Source: Perkinsus olseni (lineage: Eukaryota). From it: a stretch of 51,747 nucleotides of DNA. Below, in pieces: positions 24,218 to 36,111 of the stretch. The DNA lies in NCBI GenBank assembly GCA_013115125.1, contig JABANN010000220.1, positions 1 through 51,747 on the forward strand. Direction: 5' to 3'. The notes under the pieces were generated by a model. The model had not been told where the DNA came from. It ran no database searches and worked only from the letters and a program-made list of their open reading frames with translations. A program made the position numbers and the translations under genes. Every line of letters starts with the position of its first letter. Position 1 is the stretch's first letter.

Positions 24218-25209
24218 GATGTTGAGGAATATAATTCACTGTGGCAAAGACATCCTTAATCCTATATCGTACACTACTGCATCAGTATTGTCACACTACC
24301 AAGGACAAGCGTTCGTCGACACTGCACAAGGCGGTCACCTCCAGACGGGGGATTTAGCTAAGCAACGACGATCGCTTGGGGGACACCTCCACACAAAGCT
24401 CGGGAACCTCGGACAGGCGCGCGAGATCCCTGCTAAGACCTGCAGGGAAGGACTGGTCAGCGGTACATCATCGACCACGGCTCGCGATATCCAAGCTTAA
24501 CAAGGCATCGAAGCGGACTCTTGAGAAGTCGATTGCTGTTGGACCCACGCGCCGAAAATTGATGATGACCAATCCCACAGTTAGCATCGTAGATACCGTA
24601 GCGATACAAGCGGCGATGCTTCTTGTGATTAGCGAACGCTGACCTCATGGACCCGCCATGATACTAGAAAAGATAGACCGCTTGTCTGTACCGGTCAACT
24701 CCTCGTACGGTATCTTCAGCACACCCCGTGATTTGCGTATGCGTGCAGATGGAGCACGTTAGGGAGGTACGACCAACACATCCGCCGCCATGCCGTGATA
24801 GAGTATCGTTTGCCGGGTGAATGTGATCACCGACATTAACACTTCGAACTCAAATCAGAGTTCCCTAGGAGGAATGACTTCCAGCATCTCTTGGCATCAC
24901 CAATAGCGAAGTCCATAGCGATAAAGATCAGCAGTAGTTCGAGATACATAGGAATTACAAGGCGTACTACGCACAAACTGCGATTGGTAAGTAGACGGTC
25001 CCATGACCATTACTGAGCGTACTACTTATATATACTCTATTAGGGAAGAGGAAGAAGTAAGAAAAACACGGTTGAAGCAGACCAGTCATGACGGTATGGT
25101 CAGCAAAACTGTTGTTACTAATCTACGGTTATGGGTGTATTCGCCGACGACAATCGTCAAAGATCAGCAGCCAAATGACTCATATTTACAACGGGAGTGA
25201 CTCAGAATT

Positions 25210-26835
25210 TCACTCCACAACGAGAACCTTAATCTGGTTGCTAGCACCAGGGGTAGACTCTTGCATGCCATGGACGGCAACAACTTTATCACCAACTCGG
25301 CACATCCCCATCTGCTTAGCGTGGGCGAGGGCATTATGAAGGATGTGATCAGATCCTTGAAAGGAAGGCACTTGCAGGGCCATGACGCCCCTAGAGAGAG
25401 CTAAGTGCTTCACAGTCGACTCGAACGCTGAGAGGGCCAAAATCTGTTGTGATGGCCTGTACTTAGCCAAAAGGCGAGCAGTGTTACCGGTCTCAGTGAG
25501 AGCGACGATGATGGAGGCATCGCATTCTACAGCTGTCTTTACAGCCGATACGCATACTGCCTCTGAGGTACACAGACCCTCAGGATGAGCATTCATAACA
25601 GCCTGTCGAATGCGAGAGTAAAGGCCATCATAGTCGATTGAATGCTCGGCAACCTCACAAATAGATCGTTGAATGTGGACTGAACTCACGGGGAACTTAC
25701 CACCAGCGGTCTCACCGGAAAGCATGACAGCATCGGTACCATCGAGGACGGCGTTGGCGACATCACTGACCTCGGCACGAGTGGGCCTGGGGTTCTCGAT
25801 CATGGACTCGAGCATCTGGGTGGCGGTGATGACGGGCTTGCCTGCGAGGTTGCAGCGGGCAGTCATCATCTTCTGGGCGAGGAAGACCTTCTCAGGAGGC
25901 ATCTCCATACCGAGATCACCACGAGCGATCATGATGGCATCGGAAGCCTCGAGGATATCATCGAAGTTCCTGAGACCCTCAGTGCTCTCGATCTTGGAGA
26001 TGATCTGAACATTACGACCACGACTCCCCAAAATCTTCCGCAGTCCACGGATATCATCACCGTGCTGCACGAAGGAGACAGCGATGAAGTTGATGCCGTT
26101 GGGGAGACCCCAGTTGAGGATATCGTTGGCCTCCTTCTCACCGATGCAGGGAAGGTCAACTCTGACGCCGGGGAGGTTCATGTTCTTACGCTCACCGATG
26201 ATAGCGTGGTTCAAGACACGAGTCTTGACGCTGTCCTCGTAGCACTCAACGACCTGCAGGTTAACCGTACCATCAGCCATGAGGATGATAGAGCCGGGCT
26301 TGACACTCTGGGGGAGCTTCTCGTAGGTGCAGGCAATCTTGTGGGCATCACCCTTGAAGGAGTAATCTGTGGTGAGGATCAAGTCCTGACCGGCCTCGAG
26401 CTCGACCTTGCCACCAGCGGCGAAGAAACCCGAACGGATCTCAGGTCCCTTGGTATCGAGTAAAATGGAGACGTCCCTGTTTGGCCGCTCCCTGAGTGCA
26501 TCCCTCAGATTCCTCAAAGTCCGACTATGAGTATCGAAGTCACCATGGGAGAAGTTGAACCTCGCCACGTTCATGCCCTGATCAATCATCTTAACCAAAG
26601 TATCAACATCCCAGCATGATGGGCCCATAGTGCAGATGAGCTTGGTCTTCCTCGTTAGAGAGTCTGGAGAGTAGCAGTTCTCATTCCACACGGACAACTC
26701 AGCCAAGTCATCGGCAACAGCAAGATCGGCCTGACCAAGTGCTCGACTCCCTTCAATGTACCGCCCCGTGAAGCCATGATCAGCTACAGGGGTGTCAATA
26801 ACGGCGGAGGCAGCAGCAACAGCAGCACCGGCCAT
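25210..26835 (-). CDS. PYK: Pyruvate kinase, array copy 5 (intronless; likely start MAGAAVAAAS at 26835, ORF open to 26922)
   Basis: Full PK motif set. The core is nearly identical to copy 1. Confidence 0.97.
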   Translation of the reverse strand: MAGAAVAAASAVIDTPVADHGFTGRYIEGSRALGQADLAVADDLAELSVWNENCYSPDSLTRKTKLICTMGPSCWDVDTLVKMIDQGMNVARFNFSHGDFDTHSRTLRNLRDALRERPNRDVSILLDTKGPEIRSGFFAAGGKVELEAGQDLILTTDYSFKGDAHKIACTYEKLPQSVKPGSIILMADGTVNLQVVECYEDSVKTRVLNHAIIGERKNMNLPGVRVDLPCIGEKEANDILNWGLPNGINFIAVSFVQHGDDIRGLRKILGSRGRNVQIISKIESTEGLRNFDDILEASDAIMIARGDLGMEMPPEKVFLAQKMMTARCNLAGKPVITATQMLESMIENPRPTRAEVSDVANAVLDGTDAVMLSGETAGGKFPVSSVHIQRSICEVAEHSIDYDGLYSRIRQAVMNAHPEGLCTSEAVCVSAVKTAVECDASIIVALTETGNTARLLAKYRPSQQILALSAFESTVKHLALSRGVMALQVPSFQGSDHILHNALAHAKQMGMCRVGDKVVAVHGMQESTPGASNQIKVLVVE

Positions 26836-27326
26836 CTTCGAGAGTCCTGATGAATGATTGAAAATGAATCTGAAGCCACTCCCCGCTAAAGTGAAAGAAA
26901 TCTCCCATGACGGCATCATCATGCTGACCCCTAGAAGCTACCATACAGACACCGACTTAAGGAGATGCTATACGCTATCGCAGGGCTCTCCCTCGATACG
27001 ACCAAGTAGTAGACGGGCACCCTTCCCAACGATGACTTCTACGACCAACATAATCACTGAGAGGGATGTTTGGGGAGCCGAGACAGCAGCCGCAGCAACG
27101 CAACAACAACAAGTACTCGGCAGCAGCAGCAGCAGCAGCAGCAGCATTGATAATCAAATTATCAGAGGTTTGTCGTTGTTATGATGATTAAGTTAGACCA
27201 CCGCACAATGGATGATGAGTTAACAGCAAAAACAACAGCAGTGATGACGACGATGAGGCACCGTCACACTACTCGCTGTTCATATTAGAAAAAAGTGCAT
27301 AACCATTATCGCGATGACAGTACTAG

Positions 27327-29108
27327 TTAGTCCACCTCGAGAACCTTCATCAGATTGCTAGAACCACTGACCTCCTCCTTCACGCCGTGCACAGCGACGA
27401 TCTTATCACCCACGGAACACAGCCCCACCTGTTTGGCGTGTTCAAGGGCATTCCTAATGACATGATCAGTACCCTGGAAGGATGGCACCTGTAGGGCTAC
27501 TATCCCCCTGTATAACTGTAAGTGCTTAATAGTAGACTCCGACGCCGACAGGGCAAGGATTGGCGGAGATGGTCGATATTTGGACAGTAACTTGGCCGTA
27601 GCGCCCTGAGAAAAAAAACGAGGAATGATAATCACCACCACGAGCACCACTGGTAGCATTATTACCGTTTCTGTAAGGGCAACGATGAGCGTGGCATTAC
27701 ATTCAATACAAGCCTTCACGGCAGAGGAGCAGACCGCCTCTGGTATCGCCAAACCCTGACACGACAACACTTGCCAATTACCCATGCCACCGTCGCCGCT
27801 TACACCATCGTTCTGATTCATGACAGTCTCTCGTATCCTCTGGAACAGGGTATCATAGTCAATAGAGGACTCGGCCTCCTCACAGATCCTCCTCATAATA
27901 GACACCGCTTGAACCGGGAATGCACCGCCGGCCGACTCGCCGGAGAGCATCACAACATCAGTACCGTCAAGGACAGCATTGGCGACATCACTGGCCTCAG
28001 CACGAGTAGGTCTAGGATTCGTGACCATGGACTCCAGCATCTGGGTGGCGGTGATGACGGGCTTGCCCATCAGGTTGCATCGCCCAGTCATCATCTTCTG
28101 GGCGAGGAAGACCTTCTCGGGAGGAATCTCCATACCGAGATCACCACGAGCGATCATGATGCCATCGGAAGCTGCGAGGATATCATCGAAATGCTTCATG
28201 CCAGACTCATTCTCGATTTTAGAGATGATCTTGATGTGACGCCCTCTCGGTCCAAGCAGCTTGCGGAGGCCTCTGACCTACCAGAACAAACGATATTAAT
28301 CAGCGGCACCCAAGCACCTGTTGTTATTACATCATCGCCATCTTGGACGAAGGATGCTGCTATGAAGTTAACTCCTTGCGGAATCCCAAAATTAAGGATA
28401 TCATTCTTGTCCTTCTCGCTGATACACGGCAGGTCCACTCTGACCCCAGGGAGGTTCATATTTTTACGTTCCCCAATAGTAGCATTGTTCATAACACGCG
28501 TCCTCACACTGTCTTCAAGGCATTCGATCACTTCCAGACTGACAGTTCCATCGGCCATAAGGATGGTGGACCCAGGTTTGACACTCTGGGGTAGCTTTGC
28601 ATAGCTACAGGCAATCTTGGTAGAGTCACCCTTAAAATCGTAGTCGGTGGTCAGAACAAGCTCCTGGCCAGCTTCTAATTTAACCTTGCCGCCTTCCTCC
28701 TTGAAAAAACCAGTTCTAATTTCCGGGCCCTTAGTGTCGAGGAGTATCGCCACATGCTTCCCGGGACGCTGCTTCAACGCTTCTCTTATGCGCTGAACGG
28801 TGGCTCCATGAGCTTCGAAATCCCCGTGGGAAAAATTGAGTCTGACAGGAAAAAATCTATCCACTAACACCTACAGTTTACCATTACCTCGCCACGTTCA
28901 TGCCCTGATCAATCATCTTGACCAAAGTATCAACATCCCAGCATGATGGGCCCATAGTGCAGATGATCTTGGTCTTCCTCGAGAAGGTATCAGTAGCATT
29001 AGAACTCCACTTCGATAACGCTGCCATGTCGTCAGACAGTACTATAGACGCCTGGCCGTAGACGCAGTGGTCTTTGATGAACCGTCCGGTGTATCCGTGG
29101 GTCGACAT
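27327..29108 (-). CDS. PYK: Pyruvate kinase, array copy 6, with four short introns
   Basis: Exons MSTHGY..MNVAR / LNFSHG..QDGDD / VRGLRK..NQNDG / GLAIPE..LTET / GATAKL..KVLEVD*. GT-AG introns lie near 28843-28886, 28278-28328, 27756-27803 and 27606-27665; the last two are in-frame and stop-free. Confidence 0.95.
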
Positions 29109-29959
29109 ACTGCGCCAAAGGAGGAGGTGGTGGACAACCACAAAAACCTAAACGGCAGCCTACTTCTAGCCCGAGACTGTCTCAACAACGTGATCACTGC
29201 GCAGAACACTAGCGCGCGCCCCGGTGATCGATTATCCTCGAGCCCAACATGACACTACAAAGAAACAAGTGTTGCGTCAATCGTCAAAGGTCCAGACATT
29301 ATCGCAGTTGCCGCACCTGAAAAGTTCAGGATTCGTCGGCGATTGGCTATCTCAGGTGACCGGTTTCTGAATGTCTCGATCGGTGTAATATTGGCTACTT
29401 CGTATCGACCTCTTTTGCCATTCCCGAACAATAGAAGCACACAAGCATTTACATGCATGTATGTTGACTATCATATGATCGCTTCCCTTCTTCAATGAGA
29501 ATATGAGTCGACATCGTACGCAGTCCCACGGGAGTAATTAGACAGGTAGCCAGCGGGTGCGGTTGCCCCATGACAAGTGGCTTCTCCCTCAGTCGTCGAC
29601 CATTCCTCGTTATGGCCAATTATCAGTTCGCGTTTGAAGAGCCTCGATGGTGTCTTTTGCCAGAATAAGTACCGATTGGACGAACGGCTAATTCGCCCAA
29701 TCCTCTTTTTGGGGCATCAGTGAAACAGAAATAGGTCAGGAAATGGCATCGTTTTTTTTGTTTTTTACTTGTCGCCGGAATCGACAGCGCAGCCACGGGT
29801 ACACCCAAATTCCGGTCCAGAACGGCAGTAGCGAGAATCGATGTGGACAGAACTGATGCTGAACTTGAGTGGATTTCAAGACGACAAGTGACGAGGTTAG
29901 AATTAGAACAGTCGTGATCATAGAAGCGGTACAACAACGTCCGATATTAGCGGTGGTGG

Positions 29960-31210
29960 GCAGTAGACTACTTAGCCTCCTTCCTCGGGCCAGTTGCATG
30001 CATCTCAGTTGATGCACCCCAGACCTCGTTCTTACGGCAGTCTGATTGGCCATACCCCTGCATAACAACATCATCACCATAGGACCACTACTAGTACTAC
30101 CTCCAGAAACCTGAATCGAATTCGACCAGTCGCCCCACAGCTTGGACACACATCATGCTCTCCTCCGATGTGATTGTAGCGTGCGTCCAATGCAGCCCGC
30201 AGCTGAGGAACAAAGATCGAACTCCCCCTACGCGATCAGCAACCAACCTGTTTGGCCTCTTTGATGGTCTCCTCGTGTTCTCGCTCTCTCTTGCGAGTGT
30301 CCACCGAGCTTCCAACTTCTTGTAAAAATTCACGCGTTCTGGCATCACTACGGTCACCGGCCACATTTATGATCTGCGCAAAATACCGGTGTTATCGGAT
30401 CACGTACACCACCCTTCCAACCTTTTCTCGCGTGATCGGGTAGACGCTCTCCGGGTTCTCTGCCAAATGCTTCAAGGGGTCCACTATCTTCTTCAGATTC
30501 ATCCGATAATCACCGGTATCAGCACCATACTCGTCGTAGAGGTACTGCTCAGCGGCGTCAGACAGCCACAGTAAATCCGGTACACCGATGACCAGCCTCG
30601 CGGCAGCAGGAGTGGTACGAAGACTTTTCTGAACTAAAAACAGTAAAACCATCATTCAACGATACCCCTTCATCCGTACATCGTTCGTCGTATTGGACGG
30701 CACCGGGCCGAGCTTCCACGCGCTGATAAGCTTGGTCGCCGATGTCTTTATGCACTCCCGGATGTTATTATGATACCACTCCTTTGATAACTCTCGCTGT
30801 ACTGCCTCACAACTGAGGGCACTTCGACTGGACGGTGGCACAAGCAGTAGCATTGCCATATAAATAGAAGCCAGCTTAGGAGACTCCGGACCATCCTTCT
30901 CACGTGCTGCTGCTAGTCTAGCCAGTACAGCGGCGACCGTGAAGTCCCATCGTGGATCGACACACTGAGAACGGCCATCACCATTCGATACCCGTCAATG
31001 ATGGCCTACTGCATCGACCAGGGCTCCCGTGACCATATGCTTGGCGGAAAACCGAAGTTGGCCGTTCGCCTGAACCGCCTTCTTTCCTTTGTGAACAGCC
31101 GACATGATATAGAACTGCGGAGGGAGGTCCCGGGTTCGATCCTCACGGAAAACCATTTGCGCTCCTTTCACCCTCAAAAATACTGCAACCAAAAGACATA
31201 CTGAATTCAA
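29960..31210 (-). CDS. Hypothetical protein (probable multi-exon gene, family unrecognised)
   Basis: Successive minus-strand ORFs with protein-like composition (30097-30366, 30392-30655, 30656-30859, 30995-31210). No motif recognised. Confidence 0.35.
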
Positions 31211-31355
31211 AAGAAACTTTCACAATGCATGGTTATGAGAAATCACCTTCGACGATGCTGACAGTCCCCACCTAAAACGTACTATCCAGCAGAAGGCGGC
31301 AGGGAAGAGAGTACAAGTTGGCGTTTATGAAGGGTATCATAGCTAACTCCATGGC

Positions 31356-32416
31356 ATGAGCGTAGTACCGGTCTCGACACAGGCGACCAGCTGTGAGGAT
31401 ACCCACAGTCCCTTCCGATCGACCAGACTCCACGCTGAGAGCATTCCATCACCATCACGCTATTGGTTGCTTCTCACCGTCCGAAGATCTTATCATCAGC
31501 ATGACCCAATTCGAGGCCCTCTACTTCCATCAACTTCTGTACAGCAGGTGGGACCTGTCCAGCACGGCACTACTACCCTCCCAACGGCGAGCGTGATAGT
31601 AATGCATAGATTAGCCCATTGGTCCGTGACCGTTAGTCGCTATGTTTCCGCTTCTTTACCGATCTGTGTGGGAAGTGTTACTTCATTATGTTGCTTATAC
31701 GCCCGTGCCTCGATAGGACACAGGATGGCCGTTAACAACAACCCTCCTACCTGGAAGGTAGCGGTCCTTGCCTCCGATACGTAATCATCACCATGCATTG
31801 ATACACATACCCAGGCAGCGACATGTCTAACATTGATAATCACCATCAATACCACTCCATTACCAACTCACAGCCGGCCATCTTCCGTCTTGAAAACGCC
31901 TCCTTCGAAGGCTACGTAAAAGTCAGCCTGCTTGGTTCCACGACACAAGGCGGCCAGTCTATTCCTCGCCCCCCTGAGAGAGATCATAGCCCCGTCCCCA
32001 ATCTGACCCCCGTCCAACAGACTGATTCTGAAACCCAGAATAGATTCTTACACGTAAATTGCGGTTCCAAAATCGGTTTATTGGATACCCCCTGCGCCCC
32101 TACCGTAAAGTCTCCGCATCGCCATAGGGCTGGTCAGCAACTCCACTATCGGTGGCTTCCCCCAGCACTACTAACCTGCACCGAACTGCTTCACACCGTC
32201 AATGACCTCACTCACTCCCTTCCTTTTATGAAGGGTTCTATCCCCACCCGGGCTGCCTCTATCTTCACTGGATTAGTCGAGGCCACCAAAACTCTCACCA
32301 CTTCCTTGGACATCGTCGACGACTACGCAGCAATGATCCGGCGGGGGGAGCAAGGCATGGATTTCGTGGCGCGCGAGAATTTTTTTCCAGCGCTGTTGTT
32401 CACGTGCGGTACTTAA
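31356..32416 (+). CDS. Hypothetical protein (probable multi-exon gene)
   Basis: Exon-like segments bounded by GT/AG (PAIFRLENASFEGYVK; ALLTCTELLHTVNDL..FFPALLFTCGT*). No family recognised. Confidence 0.35.
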
Positions 32417-32522
32417 GACTACAGTTGTGGTCCGGTGAGTCGATCGACCTATTTTGTATCTTGCCAGGTGTACTATAAGATACTAGTTCTCTTCTCCTCC
32501 TTCGTGTAATTATTTCCACACC

Positions 32523-33446
32523 ATGATGGAGCCTACTGCCTTAGACGGTGTTATGTCGTCTTCCTCTTCATCGTCAAGTAAACCACAATCATCAGGAGGC
32601 GGCGCCAGCCAAATCGTGCAGCCATCCTACCCCGTCAGGCTTGCACGAGGGATCTCTCGAATGTGACCACACCCACCTCGACCATTGTACCTTACCATCC
32701 GTTAAGGTACACCTACTACCTCGAGAAGACCACCATTTGGACGAAGAGTCGTTGGCTGGCGTTCTTCGTCGCTTGTGCTATATACGGCATCAGAGTTTAC
32801 TTCCTGCAGGGTGATAGTAGCCGCTACTGTCTTCGGTGCTATTGGTATTACTATGACATCAGGTTTTTACATCATCACCTATGGTTGGTCTATCTACCTT
32901 CTTAACTTGTTCATAGGCTTCATATCGCCGCAAGTGGATGAGGATAGCAATGCACCAGTCCTGCCAACACGGTAACGCATATCTTTGGCTCGACCGTGCA
33001 AGATACGAAACAGGTCAAGTTGCGGTATCTGATTTCAGGGACTCGGACGAATTCAGGCCGTTCCAGCGTAGGTTGCCAGAGTTTGTATTTTGGAAGAGAG
33101 CAATGCAGGCGACATTAATCTCCATCATCATGACGGTGGCCATCCCTCCAACCCACCACCCCTTGGACGCTCTTTCCTTCAGTTCTTCCCCTTCTTCGAC
33201 TTGCCTGTGTTCTGGCCCATCCTACTGGTGTACTTCATAATGCTCTTTACTCTCACCATGAAGCAGCAGATCAAGGTAGCGTCACCATCCCCTCCCTCCT
33301 ACTGGCCCTGAGTGTTCCTCTTAGCATATGATAAAGCATCGATATGTGCCCTGGTCCCACGGGAAGAAGTCGTAATAATAATCAGTAACTCACCTTCATA
33401 AACACAATACTGCATGTTCAGGTACAAGGGGAAGGAAATGAAGTGA
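32523..33446 (+). CDS. RER1: RER1 Golgi-to-ER retrieval receptor
   Basis: [89 protein letters not shown]. Confidence 0.95.
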
Positions 33447-33629
33447 TCATTGTAGTGACCACCATCGGCCTGACGAGGACGAGCAGCAGCAAGACTGACG
33501 ACCGACTGCCAACAATCCTTCTATTGGCAAGGACCATTCTCTCACATTTTCTGACACCTCTAGTAGCTCTGCGTATCACCCAACATCGCCAGTCAATGTA
33601 TCTAGGTATAGTTTTACCCTTGTTTTTAC

Positions 33630-35645
33630 ATGGCATACTTGTTGTTATTCATCATCGGTTTGCTGAGCGATGCTGAGGTTTGCTCGGCTGCCGCTCTGTA
33701 CGGCAAGAAGGATTCCTTCGTGCAAGTGCTGGATGCAAAGTCCTTTGCTAAGACGGTTGTTCAGAGTAGTAAGGGAGGAGCACACCACTATGGGTTTTTG
33801 TTGTTTTTGCACGCTGGGGTTTTATTGATGCCCACAGGTAACGAATTGTGGGTGGTGGAATTCTACGCAGATTGGTGCGGTCATTGCCAACAGTTTGCAC
33901 CAGAGTATGAGAAGGTAATCGGAAGGACCTGAGTTCTACCCCCGCGGAGGGTATTCGTCCATTTTCAGGCCGCCACTGCTATGGCTGGGATAGTTAACTT
34001 CGCAGCTGTCAATGATCAGTCAGTGATGGGCCCCTACGGTGTTCAAGGTATTTCGAAAACTACAAAGGACGCGGGTTCGATCCCCGGCAACTCTGCTCAG
34101 GGTTCCCCACTGTAAAGTTTTTCGGAGAAGACAAATCGAAGCCCGTGGATTACAGCGGCCCGAGGGAGGCTAAAGGCCTGGTCAAGTACGCCATCTCGCA
34201 GGTGACGCTCACCACCAACATTCTTATCATCGTCATCTCTCATTGCACAGGCCAAGAAGGTCGCCAACGATCGCCTCGCTGGTAAATCGAAGCCTAAGAA
34301 GGCTAAGAAGGAAACCGGTGGTAAATCGAAGAAGGCCGATACGCAGCCAGAAGGGAATGAGGATGATGTTGTTGTAGGTCGTGGATGTGAAGAGGTCAGT
34401 TTCGATGATTTTGGTAATGGCAGGTATTAACTGGCAGCAACTTTGATAAGTTGGTCATGCAAGATGACAAGTCTGTATGGTTTGTTGGTAAGTCATCGAA
34501 GGTCTCCTCTCTACCATCGTCCCATCCCAGAGTTCTACGCCCCTTGGTGCGGCCATTGCAAGGCATTGGCTCCTCATTGGACCGCAGCTGCTACTCAAAT
34601 GAAGGGTCGGGTCAAGTTCGGGAAGGTGGGCACTGCGGGCCCTTCGAGATCGTTCACGTTCACTTGCTAGGTCGATGCTACTGAAGAGCAGTCCTTGGCT
34701 CAGCGGTTCGGAGTTCAAGGCTTCCCCACTGTACGTTAGGCACCTCCACCGCCCCAATCCTATGCGTACTACTCAGATTAAACTCTTCCCCGCTGGCAAA
34801 AAGTCGGACGGCCTTGCTGTTGACTACCAGGAACAGAGAGAGACCAGCAGCCTCGTCCAGTTCGCGGAGAAGTGAGCAGCTTCCTCGCCTCCTGCCCGTG
34901 ATAAATCTCTCCGGGCAGGTATTATAGCTATGCTAAGGAAGCCACTCAATTACTCAACCAGGAAGATTTTGAAGAGAACTGCAAAAGTGAGTAATCATGA
35001 TACCATCTTTTCCGTTATTCGTCGCCGGATGGCACTCTGTGGTGGTCAGATCATGTTTGCGTCATCGCATTTTTACCGCATATTTTGGACTCGGGTGCTG
35101 AGGAGAGGAACGCCTACATCAAAGAATACAATGCAGCCGTGAAAGGTATTCACCCTTCGCTACTGTCGATGTAACACTTTTGTGTTAGCTAACCCTGGCA
35201 TTCCCGTCCACTACTACTGGTCACAAGGCGGAGATCAATTTGATTTTGAGGAAGCCCTTCGACTACAGTTCGGGTAAGCAGTTTTTTATAATAGTCACGT
35301 CTTCACTATCCGGTTGTTCTGTAGTTACCCGGCCTTGGTGGCGGTCCACTTGTCTAAGGGACATTACGGAATCCATCGTGGGGGCTTCGATGAGGCCAAC
35401 ATCAGAACCTTCGTCTCGGGCCTGATGGCTGGCAGGGTCAGTCGTTGTACTTCTTTCGTCTGCTCGCAGGAAATCATCCCCAGGTAACCCTCGACCCACT
35501 GCCTAAGAATCTTCCCAAGCTTCACAGCGTCACTGCATGGGATGGTAAAGATGCTCAGCCGGAGCCTGAGGAGGATACGGTAGCGCCTTGCTCATGATTG
35601 CCTCCCTCACGGCAAGGTATTCCCTTTGGTTTTCAGGAGCTGTAA
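33630..35645 (+). CDS. PDIA6: Protein disulfide isomerase P5/PDIA6-type (a-a'-b), many introns
   Basis: Signal peptide, two WCGHC thioredoxin sites (~33875, ~34546), GFPTVK/GFPT-IK motifs, b domain ([19 protein letters not shown]) and C-terminal ..EPEEDT/EL*. Confidence 0.93.
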
Positions 35646-36111
35646 TGGCACTTCCCGTTCTCTGAGATGGCAGGAGGTTTGCCGCGTGTGATTTCAAACA
35701 CCTATCATTTTTCCTCGGGCTACTTTGGTGGTGTTCAGTAGTTACGCTGCATGGAAAGGAGTTGATGATAACCCGTCCATACAATTGACGAGCCAATGCA
35801 CTGAGCCGTACCGTCTTCGCCGATGCCCGCTGAGAGGTATCCTCGGTGCTTGTGAGAGATGGAATGTGAGTGGTACATCTGAGCTGGAGTGATAGTTGAT
35901 GAAGAGTATCAGCCCAGAACGCCTGCGGAATCTTCGGTTGTGAGAAGCGGCGGGCAGGGCCGAATTACCCAACATGTTCAGCGATTTTCTTTGAAGGCAT
36001 TATGGCTCATCTCAGCCAAAAGCCCTGGTCGAGTATCAACTATGCTAAACACAAGTTTCGGGCGTTAGAAAACTAGAAAATCTGTGGCAGTTACATATGG
36101 CACTGCAATGT

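Noticed and set aside
19853-24259. Very long antisense ORFs (516 aa and 543 aa, plus 264 and 277 aa) opposite the PK genes
   Set aside because: They are in codon register with PK and track its codon bias (avoidance of TTA/CTA/TCA removes antisense stops). This is a known shadow-ORF artefact.
26836-26922. N-terminal extension of PK copy 5 as an organelle-targeting peptide
   Set aside because: The extension contains pyrimidine-rich, AG-ending sequence compatible with a splice acceptor or UTR. The start site cannot be established without transcripts.
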